Below are positions 50,029-59,961 of a stretch of 64,000 nucleotides of DNA, piece after piece (the first letter of the stretch is position 1; the number at the start of each line of letters is the position of its first letter). The notes under the pieces are model-generated. The model saw only the letters and a list, made by a program, of their open reading frames with translations, was not told where the DNA came from and ran no database searches. The position numbers and the translations under genes were made by a program. Source of the DNA: Acidimicrobiia bacterium (GTDB taxonomy: Bacteria > Actinomycetota > Acidimicrobiia > IMCC26256 > PALSA-555); NCBI GenBank assembly GCA_035948415.1, contig DASZJD010000036.1, positions 1,034-65,033 of the forward strand, written 5' to 3'.

Positions 50029-50442
50029 ATGGACGAGCTGAGCCCGATCACCTGGTACGTGAGTCGCCGCGTGGAGCTGCCGGTCGAGGTCGCCGCGCCC
50101 GCCCTGGACCGAATCTTCGACACCCACGATCGTGAGGCGGACCGGCCATCGGCCCCCCTCGGCGTCGGTGCTGCGACCGTTGCGACCACGCCGTCGTTGG
50201 GGCCCACCCGGCGGTGCAACGGGTCGCTCCGACTGGATCGGTGGTCGCTCCCAGTCGCGGTCGAGCTGGAGCTCGAGCCGTGGTCTTCGCTCCAGTCGGC
50301 GATCGGCATCCGGCCACGTCGCCGACCCCCGACGCGGCGGGCCCGCCGATACTGGTCGAGGGCCTCCACCATCCTCGAGTGGCTCGACAGCGAGCTGCTC
50401 GCCGTGGCGCCCGTGGTGGGGCCGGCGCGCCGCGCGTCCTAG
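50029..50442 (+). CDS. hypothetical protein
   Basis: ATG 50029 lies inside the long track ORF 49033..50442 and is divergent from the gene at 49932. No motif was recognised. Confidence 0.35.
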   Translation: MDELSPITWYVSRRVELPVEVAAPALDRIFDTHDREADRPSAPLGVGAATVATTPSLGPTRRCNGSLRLDRWSLPVAVELELEPWSSLQSAIGIRPRRRPPTRRARRYWSRASTILEWLDSELLAVAPVVGPARRAS

Positions 50443-50457
50443 CTGCAGCTGACCGCA

Positions 50458-50480
50458 GGCGGCGGGGCCGCTTCGCCGCC
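50458..50480 (+). terminator. GC hairpin downstream of the hypothetical CDS
   Basis: The stem is GGCGGCG (50458-64) / CGCCGCC (50474-80) with a 9-nt loop. There is no U-tract. Confidence 0.25.
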
Positions 50481-50673
50481 TCGTCGGTGCGGCCGTGCGT
50501 GCCCGCGCCGGGCCGGCGTGACGGTGGTGACGGCATCGACCACCTGTCCCGGCGACCCCCGTGATCAGGGAGCACGCCGGGCTCGTGCATGAGAGGACCT
50601 TGTACCACTCCGCGGACGCGTCCAGGGCGGCACGGCGGGGGACGATCACGCCCTGTGCTGAACTGGCCGGCTG

Positions 50674-50895
50674 ATGGCCGTGACCCTCTACGGTGTCTGC
50701 GCACTCAGCTTCATGATGCTGATGTACGCGCTCGAACGACGGGGTCGCGTCTTCATCGCCGCCTTCGCCGCCGGCTGCGTCCTCTCGAGCGTCTACGGGT
50801 TCTGGTCGGGGGCGTGGCCGTTTGGTGTGGTCGAGCTCGTCTGGTCGGCGATCGCGCTCCGCCGCTACCGCGTGGCGACGGCCCTCACGAGCTGA
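50674..50895 (+). CDS. small integral membrane protein, hypothetical
   Basis: It is 73 aa with three hydrophobic stretches (LYGVCALSFMMLMYAL; VFIAAFAAGCVLSSVYGF; WPFGVVELVWSAIAL). It starts at an ATG. Confidence 0.5.
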   Translation: MAVTLYGVCALSFMMLMYALERRGRVFIAAFAAGCVLSSVYGFWSGAWPFGVVELVWSAIALRRYRVATALTS

Positions 50896-50920
50896 TCGAC
50901 CTCGCGTGGAATCCTGGGAG

Positions 50921-51364
50921 ATGGCGGCTCGGCTCGGCGTCGAGGACACGATCGGCCGATACGTCCGGTACGCCGACAGCGGTCGGTCCGACGAGCTGGC
51001 GGAGCTGTTCACCGACGACGGGGTGCTGACCACCGACGCCGACGAGTTGCGAGGCCGGCCCGCGATCGCTCGATACCTCGAGAGCGCGAAGGCCTCGCTC
51101 GCAACCAGCGCCGGCGGAGGGCTCATCCGCCACCACGTGGCCTCGCTGCGAATCGACTTTCCGAGCCCGGAGGAGGCCCGTGCGACGTCCTACTTCCTCG
51201 CGATCACCGCCGCAGGTCCCGATCACTGGGGTCAGTACCGCGATTCGCTCGTGCCGGTCGGCGGCCGGTGGTTGTTCGCCCGCCGCGCTGCGCAGCTCGA
51301 CGGGTGGGCGCCCGGGTCGTGGGCGGCGCAGCGACGGGATCCGCCGGCTCCCCCTGACGGCTGA
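50921..51364 (+). CDS. SnoaL-like / NTF2-fold protein
   Basis: ATG 50921 is the start. VEDTIGRYVRYADSGRSDELAELFTDDGVL is typical of SnoaL_4. Confidence 0.6.
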   Translation: MAARLGVEDTIGRYVRYADSGRSDELAELFTDDGVLTTDADELRGRPAIARYLESAKASLATSAGGGLIRHHVASLRIDFPSPEEARATSYFLAITAAGPDHWGQYRDSLVPVGGRWLFARRAAQLDGWAPGSWAAQRRDPPAPPDG

Positions 51365-51365
51365 C

Positions 51366-52043
51366 GTGGCCAGCGCGGCGGGCCGGAACGCCGCCGCTAC
51401 CATCCGTCGCACGAGTGCGCCCCGCGTGGTCACGATCTCGGCCAGTTACGGCGCTGCGGGCACGGTCGTCGGCCCGCGTGTCGCTGAGCTGCTGGGGCTC
51501 CCGTACCTGGAGCGCGTCATGACTCCGCGGGTGGCTCGAGGCTCGCGCCTCGGGGTCGAGACGGTCGCCGACGATGAACGGCCAGAGCGGCTGTTCCATC
51601 GGCTCGCCGCCGCGCTCGCCGGGCTGCCCCTCGTCGTCGGTGGCACCCCGCCCCAACCGGTCGAGGGCCTGAGCACCGAGGAGCAGGTGCGCAACGACGT
51701 CGAGACCAGCATCCAGACCCTGGCCCGGACCACGGGAGGCGTCGTACTCGGGCGGGGCGGGATGGTGGTGCTTCGAGAGCGGCCGGGCGTGTTCCACGTC
51801 CGCCTCCACGGATCGAAGGAGGCCCGCGTCCGGCAGGCCATGCGCATCGAGGCAATCGACGAGGCGGAGGCCGCTCGGCGGCTCCAGGAGACCGACCGGG
51901 CCCGGGCCCTCTACCTCCGGCGCTTCTACCACTGCGACGCCGACGACCTCGGGCTGTACCACCTCGTCCTCGACAGCGCGACGGTTCCGCTCGACACCTG
52001 CGCCGACCTGATCGTCGCCGCCGCCTCGGCCGCCTGGGAGTAG
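51366..52043 (+). CDS. cytidylate kinase-like family protein
   Basis: GTG 51366 follows the preceding stop. It has a P-loop-like VVTISASYGAAGTVVG and HVRLHGSKEARV ... YLRRFYHCDADDLGLYHLVLD. Confidence 0.55.
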   Translation: MASAAGRNAAATIRRTSAPRVVTISASYGAAGTVVGPRVAELLGLPYLERVMTPRVARGSRLGVETVADDERPERLFHRLAAALAGLPLVVGGTPPQPVEGLSTEEQVRNDVETSIQTLARTTGGVVLGRGGMVVLRERPGVFHVRLHGSKEARVRQAMRIEAIDEAEAARRLQETDRARALYLRRFYHCDADDLGLYHLVLDSATVPLDTCADLIVAAASAAWE

Positions 52044-52395
52044 CGCGGGCAGCGCGGCCCGGTAGGGGCAAAGGGCGTGACTCGCCCCTGGTCGCGGTGG
52101 CGACCCGACGTCCACCTCGTCCAAGGTCGGCGCCGGGCGGACCGACCATGACGCCGCCCAAACCCCTCGTCGACGGCCTGCGCCGTCGCCCCGCGGCTGC
52201 CGCCTCCCGTTGTCGGGGACGTCCCCGCCGCTCGCCGCTCGACGCCGCGGCCGACGACCACCACCTCGGGGGCCGCCACCGGGCGGGCTCGGCCGTGGCA
52301 GCCCTTGACACCGCCCGACCCACCAATCATGATCATTGCCCACACCAGCCACATCGGCATCACTGAGCCCGTCGGGCCGGTCCGGGAGGCTTCCG

Positions 52396-53097
52396 TTGCA
52401 GAGCATCACACCGGTGGATGACGACGCGGTCGGCGGCGCCGTCGCGCCCGACGAGTTGCTCGGCGCCGCGATCCCGATCGTTCGCAGGGGCTATGCGCCG
52501 GACCTCGTCGACGGCCTGCTCGAGCGGGCGGCGGCGACGATCACCCGGCTCCAGGCTCTCGACCAACCCGAGCTCGAGCGCCGCCGACGGGACCAAGCCG
52601 ACTTGCTGCACCGGACACTGCTCCTGGCCCAGGCCAGCGCCGACCGGCTGATCGCCGACGCCGAGGCGAAGGCGGCCACGCTCCTCACCGACGCCCAGGC
52701 TCGGGCCGGTCGCCTGATCGCCGAGTCCGAGCGGGTGGCGTCCCATCTCGTTGAGGCCGGACGCACGCGGGCGGAGTCCACCGTCGGTGAGGCGCTCGCG
52801 CAACGACGGGTCCTCGAGAGCGATGTCGACGCGCTCGAGCAGTTCGCCGACGAGGTCCGCGACCGCCTCCGCAACGTCCTGGACACCCACGCCACGAAGC
52901 TCGACCGACTCTTGTCGGACGCGACCGGCGACCGACCCACACTCCAGGAGCTGGACCTCACCGTTTCGGACCTCGGAGGTCCCGGCGGTGCCAGCGCGTC
53001 CATGGCCGCGCGCGACAGCGGGCGCTCGGTCGGGGACCGCGGTGAGGACCCGCCAGTCGCGCTGCTGACCGGCGAGGGCGACGCCCGGACCGCCTGA
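52396..53097 (+). CDS. DivIVA domain-containing coiled-coil protein
   Basis: TTG 52396 lies 5 nt after GGGAGG. The IPIVRRGYAPDLVDGLLERAA motif is followed by a long Ala/Arg/Glu-rich helix. Confidence 0.6.
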   Translation: MQSITPVDDDAVGGAVAPDELLGAAIPIVRRGYAPDLVDGLLERAAATITRLQALDQPELERRRRDQADLLHRTLLLAQASADRLIADAEAKAATLLTDAQARAGRLIAESERVASHLVEAGRTRAESTVGEALAQRRVLESDVDALEQFADEVRDRLRNVLDTHATKLDRLLSDATGDRPTLQELDLTVSDLGGPGGASASMAARDSGRSVGDRGEDPPVALLTGEGDARTA

Positions 53098-53208
53098 GCC
53101 CGCACGGCGACTCGCTGACCGCGGTCGGCTCGACGAGCCGCCTGCAGCGCGAGCGCGAGATCGGACTGAACGAAGCGACTAGCGTCCGGTCCGAGCCCCT
53201 CGTCGTCG

Positions 53209-54642
53209 GTGGTCGTGGCCGTGCGCCAAGTACAGGTTGAGGCCCTCCCACCCGATCGCCTCCAGGCTCTGATTGGCCCCGAACGTGCCGAGCGGTTCCG
53301 CGAGACCACTGCTGCCGCCCGGGCCTCGCTGGGCCGTCGCCGGGTCATCAACGTGAACTCCACCGCCCGCGGCGGCGGTGTGGCCGAGCTCCTCGAGAGC
53401 CTCCTTCCATACGCGCGTGGGGTCGGCATCGACGCCAGCTGGCTGGTCATCGACGGCGGCCCAGAGTTCTTCGAGATCACGAAGCGCTTGCACAACCGGA
53501 TCTACGGCGTTCGTGGTGACGCCGGCTCGCTTGGGGGAGCCCAACGCGCTGCCTACGAGGAGACACTGCGCTCGAACCGTGCGGACCTCCTGGACCTGAT
53601 CCGACCCGGCGACATCGTCGTGCTCCATGACCCGCAGGCCGCGGGCCTCACCGACGCGGCCAGACGTGCGGGAGCAATCGTCATCTGGCGCTGTCACATC
53701 GGCCGCGACGCCCCGAACGCCTACTCGGACGAGGGCTGGGACTTTCTCCGTCCGTACGTCGAAGACGCCGACGCGTACGTCTTCAGTCGCGCTGCCTTCA
53801 TCCCTCGGTGGGCCGATCGGACGCGCACGGCCACGATCCCGCCGTCGATCGATCCGTTCTCGGCCAAGAACCGCGCCTTGGACCCGGCGACGACGCTGGC
53901 GATCCTGCAGTTCGCTGGTCTGCTCGCCGCCGCCGCCGACCCGCCAGCCCTGGCGGTTCCGCGACCAGACGGCTCACCTGTCCGACTCGATCGACGCGCC
54001 GACACCCTGGCGACCGGTCCAGCCCCGCCCGCCGACGCTCCCCTCGTGGTTCAGGTCTCCCGATGGGATCGCACGAAGGACATGCCTGGTGTGATGCATG
54101 GGTTCGTTGAACACCTCGACGGTCATCGAGAGGCCCATCTCGCCCTCGTCGGCCCGGCGGTGGACGGCGTCGAGGATGACCCGGAGAGCGGCGCCGTGCT
54201 GGACGAGTGCCTCGGGTTCTGGGGCCAGCTGTCCCCGGGGGCGCGGAGGCGCGTCCACCTGGCGTGCCTTCCTCTCGACGACCCCGACCAGCAAGCCACG
54301 ATCGTGAACGCCCTCCAGCGACACGCCGCCGTCGTGACCCAGAAGAGCCTGGTCGAGGGGTTCGGCCTGACCGTCACCGAGGCCTTGTGGAAACAGCGGC
54401 CGGTGGTCGCCAGCCGCGTCGGCGGGATCGGCGACCAGATCCGAGACCACGAGCAGGGCCTGCTGCTCGACGACCCCGCCGACCTGACGGCCTTCGGCGC
54501 CGCGGTGCGGCTCCTCCTCGACGATCACAGCTTGGCGACGCGTCTAGCCGAGGCGGGTCACCAGCGCGCTCGGGCGGAGTTTCTCCCCGACCGGCACCTG
54601 GAGCGGTACGCGGCCCTCTTCGCGACCTTGGCAGAGCCGTGA
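53209..54642 (+). CDS. GT4 glycosyltransferase, TreT-like (paralog of 1093..2343)
   Basis: Motifs are INVNSTARGGGVAELL ... FFEITKRLHNRIYG and EGFGLTVTEALWKQRPVVAS. These are the same motifs found in the first copy. Confidence 0.7.
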   Translation: MVVAVRQVQVEALPPDRLQALIGPERAERFRETTAAARASLGRRRVINVNSTARGGGVAELLESLLPYARGVGIDASWLVIDGGPEFFEITKRLHNRIYGVRGDAGSLGGAQRAAYEETLRSNRADLLDLIRPGDIVVLHDPQAAGLTDAARRAGAIVIWRCHIGRDAPNAYSDEGWDFLRPYVEDADAYVFSRAAFIPRWADRTRTATIPPSIDPFSAKNRALDPATTLAILQFAGLLAAAADPPALAVPRPDGSPVRLDRRADTLATGPAPPADAPLVVQVSRWDRTKDMPGVMHGFVEHLDGHREAHLALVGPAVDGVEDDPESGAVLDECLGFWGQLSPGARRRVHLACLPLDDPDQQATIVNALQRHAAVVTQKSLVEGFGLTVTEALWKQRPVVASRVGGIGDQIRDHEQGLLLDDPADLTAFGAAVRLLLDDHSLATRLAEAGHQRARAEFLPDRHLERYAALFATLAEP

Positions 54643-54683
54643 ACCTCGCCCGTCGGCCGAGCGTAGAGGCGCGGGAAGCCTGG

Positions 54684-55133
54684 TCAGAGGTAGGCGTCGA
54701 CGGCGAAGGCCCACTCCGGCTCCCGAGCGCGGAGCCGCCGCCCGCTGATCGCGAACGGGTCGATGATGAGCCAGGCGTCGCGCTCGGCGAGGATCCAGGG
54801 CTGCGGATCGAAGCGCTCCCGGAAGTTCGCCGCGTCGGGGTCCACATGGTGCAGCGTCCCCCGGGCGAGGACCGACCACCCCTGGTGATGGACGGGGTCG
54901 AGACCGTCAATTTGGAAGGCGACGTTGAACGGCGCGCGGTCGATCACGTCGCCGGGCCGGGTCCTCAAAGCAATCCAGGTTCGCTGGCTCGCCTCCACGA
55001 GCCGGTAATTCACTGGGAACACGACGGGCCAGTCGTCGACGTCGAACGCGATGCGTCCGATTCCGCCCGCCCGGAGCAGGGCTAGGCACTCCTCGTACGA
55101 CAGCTCTTCGAGGCCAGCGTCCGCGTCTGTCAC
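54684..55133 (-). CDS. pyridoxamine 5'-phosphate oxidase family protein
   Basis: LSYEECLALLRAGGIGRIAF ... PVVFPVNY is typical of the Pyridox_ox_2 / F420-dependent split-barrel family. Confidence 0.65.
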   Translation of the reverse strand: MTDADAGLEELSYEECLALLRAGGIGRIAFDVDDWPVVFPVNYRLVEASQRTWIALRTRPGDVIDRAPFNVAFQIDGLDPVHHQGWSVLARGTLHHVDPDAANFRERFDPQPWILAERDAWLIIDPFAISGRRLRAREPEWAFAVDAYL

Positions 55134-55342
55134 CTGATCTCAGCTCCTCGGAGATCTGGTGCACGCTACCCCGCCTTCCGCTACGCGAGCGTCGGACCGT
55201 TCGCTAGGGAGCTCGGTGCCCGGAGGGCTCCCGGTCTCGGTCGCGCCTGTGCCTGCGCGGGCACCCCACAGCGGCGTGACCGTCGACCAGTGGGTCGGAC
55301 TGTTCCAGGCGATCTCGTCCGGGCGTGAGCCCTCGCGCTCCG

Positions 55343-56242
55343 CTACTTCGCCCGCGTTGGCGAGCGATCGCCGTCGTGGAACGCGTCACCCGCATAGCCC
55401 GCGAGGCCCTGCAGCAGGTTGCTGAGCTCGAGCGGCACCACGAACTTGGTGCTGGGCGACGCGCCCAAGCTCTTCAGCGCCTCGAGGTACTGCAGACCCA
55501 TTGTTTTGGCGTCAACATTGTGGGCGGACTCGTAGACCTTGGTGAGGGCCAGCGCGAAGCCCTCGGCGCGAAGTGCGGCGGCCTGCTTCTCGCCTTCGGC
55601 CTGGAGGATGTTGGACTGCTTCTGACCCTCGGCCTGGAGGATGTTCGACTGCTTGTCACCCTCGGCTCGCAGGATCGCGGCCGACTTGTCACCCTCGGCC
55701 TCGGTGACCACCGCGCGCCGAGTGCGCTCGGCCGACATCTGGCGCGTCATCGCCTCTTGCACCGCCGGCGGAGGGGTGATTTCGCGGATCTCGACGTTCG
55801 TGACCTTCACGCCCCAGCGCTCGGTGACCTCGTCGAGCTTCGCCCGGAGGAGTTGGTTGATTTCGTCGCGCTTGGCCAGTACGTCGTCGAGGCTGATGTC
55901 ACCGACGACGGAGCGGAGCGTGGTCGCGGCGATGTTCTGGGCTGCGCCCGAGAAGTCGGCGACTTGCACCACGCTGGCCTGCACATCGACAACCTTGAAG
56001 AACGTGATGAAGTCGATCGAGATCGGCGCGTTGTCCTTGGTGATCGCCGTCTGCCTCGGGATTTCGAGGAAGAACTCGCGCAGATCGACCTTGATGACCC
56101 GGTCGACCAGCGGAAAGAGCGCGACAACGCCAGGGCCCTTGACGCCCGTCATCCGCCCGAGGCGGAAGACGACAAGGCGCGTGTACTCGGACACCACCCG
56201 GAAGGGCAAGAACGCGGTCTGCATCCTCGTGGCTCTACTCAT
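55343..56242 (-). CDS. SPFH/band 7 (stomatin-like) protein
   Basis: It has VSEYTRLVVFRLGR and TKDNAPISID, followed by AILRAEGDKQSNILQAEGQKQSNILQAEGEKQAAALRAEG repeats. The start is ATG 56242 or 56278. Confidence 0.85.
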   Translation of the reverse strand: MSRATRMQTAFLPFRVVSEYTRLVVFRLGRMTGVKGPGVVALFPLVDRVIKVDLREFFLEIPRQTAITKDNAPISIDFITFFKVVDVQASVVQVADFSGAAQNIAATTLRSVVGDISLDDVLAKRDEINQLLRAKLDEVTERWGVKVTNVEIREITPPPAVQEAMTRQMSAERTRRAVVTEAEGDKSAAILRAEGDKQSNILQAEGQKQSNILQAEGEKQAAALRAEGFALALTKVYESAHNVDAKTMGLQYLEALKSLGASPSTKFVVPLELSNLLQGLAGYAGDAFHDGDRSPTRAK

Positions 56243-57014
56243 CGTGCTTGCCAACCTCCCTGTGGTGGAGCCGAGCATCAGGCTCTCCGGTCATGTCGTC
56301 GAGAGGTGCCACGTAGAGCGTCAAGCCGCGTAGGTCCCAGACGATCACCTTCGTTCCGACCGGGGCACTCGCCGTGTTGTCGTCGAGCGTCGCGGCCCAG
56401 ACCTCCCCCCGCACCCGGACCTGCCCCGCGGGGTCGAGTGTCTCGGTCACGACGCCCTCCTCACCGATCAACTTGTCGACGCCGCTCACGACCGGTGTGT
56501 TGCGTGCCTTCAAGGCGGCTCGGGCGACCAGGAGGAAGAACCCGCCGAGCACCGCCGCGATGCCGATCAGGAGCGGGCGCGACACCCGGGCGTCGGGGAC
56601 CGACGGGTCGTACAGAAATAGGCCTCCGAGAACGAGCGATGTGACGCCGGCTAGCGCGGCCACCGAGTGGGCGCCGACCTTCAGCTCGATGACGAAGAAG
56701 ACGAACGCCAGCGCCAGCAGGATCACCCCGGCGGCCGTGACCGGGAGCCGGCCGAGGAGGACCAGCGACACGACGAACGAGATCAGCCCAGCAACGCCAG
56801 GGACGTTCAACCCGGGGTGGAAGATCTCGAAGACCATGCCGGCGATGCCGAGCACGAAAAGGATGAAGGCCAGGTTCGGGTCGGCCGAGAGATGGTGGGT
56901 GACCCGCTCCGGAGCGGCCGCGCCCGCCGAGGCGGCTCCGAGCACGCCGGCGGCGACAACGGTGCTCGCCGACGCCATCAGCAGGCCCACGAGCCGACGG
57001 CCCGACGTCAGCAT
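56235..57014 (-). CDS. NfeD family membrane protein (no ClpP-like protease domain)
   Basis: ATG 57014 is the start. It has four or five TM segments and a C-terminal OB-fold (VRVRGEVWAATLDD...VIVWDLRGLTLYV). It sits upstream of and overlaps the stomatin gene. Confidence 0.75.
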   Translation of the reverse strand: MLTSGRRLVGLLMASASTVVAAGVLGAASAGAAAPERVTHHLSADPNLAFILFVLGIAGMVFEIFHPGLNVPGVAGLISFVVSLVLLGRLPVTAAGVILLALAFVFFVIELKVGAHSVAALAGVTSLVLGGLFLYDPSVPDARVSRPLLIGIAAVLGGFFLLVARAALKARNTPVVSGVDKLIGEEGVVTETLDPAGQVRVRGEVWAATLDDNTASAPVGTKVIVWDLRGLTLYVAPLDDMTGEPDARLHHREVGKHDE

Positions 57015-57516
57015 GAGGAGGCGGGGGACAGCGGGGCCTTGCCCGGACCACGGGTAACGGAGAGACGAATGCCCGTCACGCTTGAGATAACGCCTGGGGT
57101 GCTCCGGGTAGTTCCGAGTTTCGGAGTCCGCCCGTCGCTCCGGGACCTGCCCGAGCGTGGGTGCGGCCGCCGGGGCCTGCGATCCCCCACCGCTGCCTCC
57201 TCCGAGGCACGACGCGGGGAGCGTCTGCTGCCTGGATCGGCGAGTGTCGCGTGCGCGTTTGGACCCGTCAACCGGACGCACGGCGCGGCGCCGCAAGTGG
57301 ATCGGCCGGGAGGACCGCGCCGTGTGCGCAAGCGGCCGAGAGAGCGCGCGGACGCGGCGTCGCTACGAGCGGGTGGGCCGCTACGACCGCGCGTCGACGG
57401 CCAGGCCGCGGCGCGGTCCAATACGACGGATCGACGCGGGCGAGACGCTCAGGCGTCACCGATCTTGAGGCCAGCGACGCCGCCGCCGGATCACGGACCT
57501 GACCGGGCGAGAACCC

Positions 57517-58812
57517 CTAGCTGAGCATCGGGATCCAGTCTCCGTGCTCGGCGAGCAGCGCGTCCACGAGCTCGTGGATCTGCTCGAGGTCGAGCTCCGC
57601 GGCGGTGTGAGGGTCCACCATGGCTGCGTGGTAGACGTGCTCGCGCCGCCCGCTGAGCGCGGCCTCCACGGCGAGCTCTTGGACGTTGACGTTCGTGCGG
57701 ATCAGCGCCGCCAACTGGGGCGGTAGATCGCCCACCCGCGTGGGCTGCACACCGTTGCCGTCGATGAGGCATGGGACCTCGACGGTGCATCCGGCCGGCA
57801 GGTCGTCGATGAGCCCTCGGTTCGGCACGTTGCCGTAGACGACACGCGGCTTTCCGGCCTCGATGCTGCGGATGATCGTCGCTGCGTACTCGAAGCTTCG
57901 CTGTACCTCGACCGAGTCGCCGCGCTCGAGTCGAGCGCGTTCGGCGTCCCACCCCGCAATCTGCGCGACGCAGCGGCGGGGATACTCGTCCAGCGGAACG
58001 TTGAACCGGTCGATGAGGTCAGGCCGGTCGTGCTTGATGAACCACGGCACATACTCGGCGAAGTGCTCGCTCGACTCCGTCACGAAGTACCCGAGCCGGC
58101 GCAGAACCTCGTATCGCACCCGGTTCTGGTCCGGGACCTTGCCTGCCTCGGCGAGGTCGCGGAGCCGGGGGTAGAGATCCTCGCCGTCGCGCTCGAGCCG
58201 CAGGTAGAAGGACATGTGGTTGATGCCGGCGGCGAGGTAATCGATCTCCTCGTACGGGATCTCGAGGTCGCAGGCAAGTTCGAACGCCGTCCCTTGCACG
58301 CTGTGGCAGAGCCCGACAGTTCGAATCGGGCTCACTCGGCCGATGGCACGGCAGTTGATCGCCATCGGGTTCGTGTAGTTCAGGAACCACGCGTCGGGGC
58401 AAAGCTCCTCCATGTCCGCGCAGATGGAGAGGAGGACCGGGATCGTGCGCAGTCCCCGCATGATGCCGCCGACGCCGAGCGTGTCGCCGATTGTCTGTCG
58501 AAGTCCGAAGCGCTTCGGCACCTCGAAGTCTGTCACCGTGCACGGCTCGTAGCCGCCAACCTGGATCATGTTGATCGCGTAGTCCGCTCCGTCGAGCGCC
58601 GAACGGCGGTCAGGGGTGGCGATGATGTTCGCTGATGCCCCAAGCGCGGTGACGACGCGCCGCGCCACTCGCTCGGAGGCCGCCAGCCGAGCAGCGTCAA
58701 TGTCGAACAACACGATCTCGGAGCCGGCGAGCTCGTCGTAACTCAAGATGTCCCCGAGCAGGTTCCGGGCAAAGACCGTGCTGCCGGCGCCAACGAACGC
58801 GATCTTGGGCAT
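57517..58812 (-). CDS. glycoside hydrolase family 4 (alpha-galactosidase/alpha-glucosidase type)
   Basis: It has the NAD fold MPKIAFVGAGSTVFARNLLGDI, plus FLNYTNPM and CHSVQG. Confidence 0.85.
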   Translation of the reverse strand: MPKIAFVGAGSTVFARNLLGDILSYDELAGSEIVLFDIDAARLAASERVARRVVTALGASANIIATPDRRSALDGADYAINMIQVGGYEPCTVTDFEVPKRFGLRQTIGDTLGVGGIMRGLRTIPVLLSICADMEELCPDAWFLNYTNPMAINCRAIGRVSPIRTVGLCHSVQGTAFELACDLEIPYEEIDYLAAGINHMSFYLRLERDGEDLYPRLRDLAEAGKVPDQNRVRYEVLRRLGYFVTESSEHFAEYVPWFIKHDRPDLIDRFNVPLDEYPRRCVAQIAGWDAERARLERGDSVEVQRSFEYAATIIRSIEAGKPRVVYGNVPNRGLIDDLPAGCTVEVPCLIDGNGVQPTRVGDLPPQLAALIRTNVNVQELAVEAALSGRREHVYHAAMVDPHTAAELDLEQIHELVDALLAEHGDWIPMLS

Positions 58813-58926
58813 CCGCGCAGGGTACGACCACGGGCGCGAATACGGCCACCGATCAGGCGCACCGCCGGCGCATCGTCGGGCGGCATCGCGCCGGTCCCGA
58901 CCTTGGCGTGGTGCTCGGTGGGGGTC

Positions 58927-59961
58927 CTAGTTCCGGCGCGCCCGAATGGCGACGAAGGGCTCCGTCGGCACGAGCGTCCGCTCCTCGACGACGCCGTATC
59001 CCGCCCGGCCGAGGTCCAAGACGAGCTCGGACGCCTCGGGGAGCGACGCCGCGCCGGCCTCGCAGCTGAGCATGAAGTGCAGGTGCGCGCTGGCGATCGA
59101 CCCGGCGCGCGACATGGTCACGACGACGAGCTCGCCTCCATCCGTGAGCAGCGAACCGAGCCGTCCGTAGAGGGCAGGCCGATCCTCCCTCGGGAAGTAG
59201 TAGACCGCGTTCAGGAGCGTGATGAGCTCGAAGCGGGGCCGTCCCGCGGGCGGCGTCCACGTCCGTACGTCGGCGACATGGAGCTCGGCCCGGTCCGCGA
59301 GGCCGGCCGCGGCCAGGTCGGCCCGGGCATCGGCCACGACGTCGCTCGCGAGGTCAACGCCCTCGACGTGCAGCCCGGGATCTGCCTCGAGGAGGGCGCG
59401 GACGTAGATCCCGGTACCGCTACCGACGTCGAGTGCTCGCGCCGGCCGGACCTCGGCGACGACCGCGTCGAGGTAGGGCACGACGAACGGAGCCGCCGCG
59501 AGCGATACCCGAGCGATGACATCGGCGTGCCGCTCCAGGTCGTCACGACCCGCCCCTGGCGCATCGCGCAGCCGGGCTTCGAGCTCCTCATACGGGCCGG
59601 CCTGGTAGTCGAGAATCGAGCGGTAATGAGCCTCGAGGACGGGATCGCCCGCCGCCAGCGCGCGCGCTCGCCGGCCCCGAGCGAGGTACCGATCTCCCTC
59701 GCGTCGGAGTTCTCCAAGCTCGACTCCGACCTCGAGCCAAGCCTCCAGCCGCTCCAGTCGGGCGCATTGCGCCTGCGCAGCGAGTTCCGCAAGCGAGCGG
59801 GGGAACGCGAGGGCTCGGAGGAGACCGCTGCGCACCGCCGAGGCGAGGAACACCGAGCGGACGAAGGCGCGGCTGTCGGAGATTGCCAGGGCTCGAGCGG
59901 TCGGGTGACCGCTTCGGAGCGTCGCGAGGACTCCCCGCGCCTGGGCTTCGACCGAGCGCAT
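58927..59961 (-). CDS. class I SAM-dependent methyltransferase with an N-terminal winged-helix/dimerisation region
   Basis: SAM motif I is ALDVGSGTGIY. It overlaps the upstream gene's stop by 1 nt. Confidence 0.75.
   Translation of the reverse strand: MRSVEAQARGVLATLRSGHPTARALAISDSRAFVRSVFLASAVRSGLLRALAFPRSLAELAAQAQCARLERLEAWLEVGVELGELRREGDRYLARGRRARALAAGDPVLEAHYRSILDYQAGPYEELEARLRDAPGAGRDDLERHADVIARVSLAAAPFVVPYLDAVVAEVRPARALDVGSGTGIYVRALLEADPGLHVEGVDLASDVVADARADLAAAGLADRAELHVADVRTWTPPAGRPRFELITLLNAVYYFPREDRPALYGRLGSLLTDGGELVVVTMSRAGSIASAHLHFMLSCEAGAASLPEASELVLDLGRAGYGVVEERTLVPTEPFVAIRARRN

Noticed and set aside
52326-52333. Palindrome ATCATGAT in the lower-GC spacer upstream of the DivIVA-like gene
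   Set aside because: It is only 8 bp, the flanks do not extend the symmetry, and such a palindrome is expected by chance in a 350-bp AT-richer spacer.
57015-57516. A 500-bp gap between NfeD and the GH4 gene, considered as a possible ncRNA, riboswitch or missed gene
   Set aside because: The track ORFs here are low-complexity Arg-rich frames, and I recognised no conserved RNA motif or convincing hairpin-terminator. The region is left unannotated and could be scanned with Rfam.
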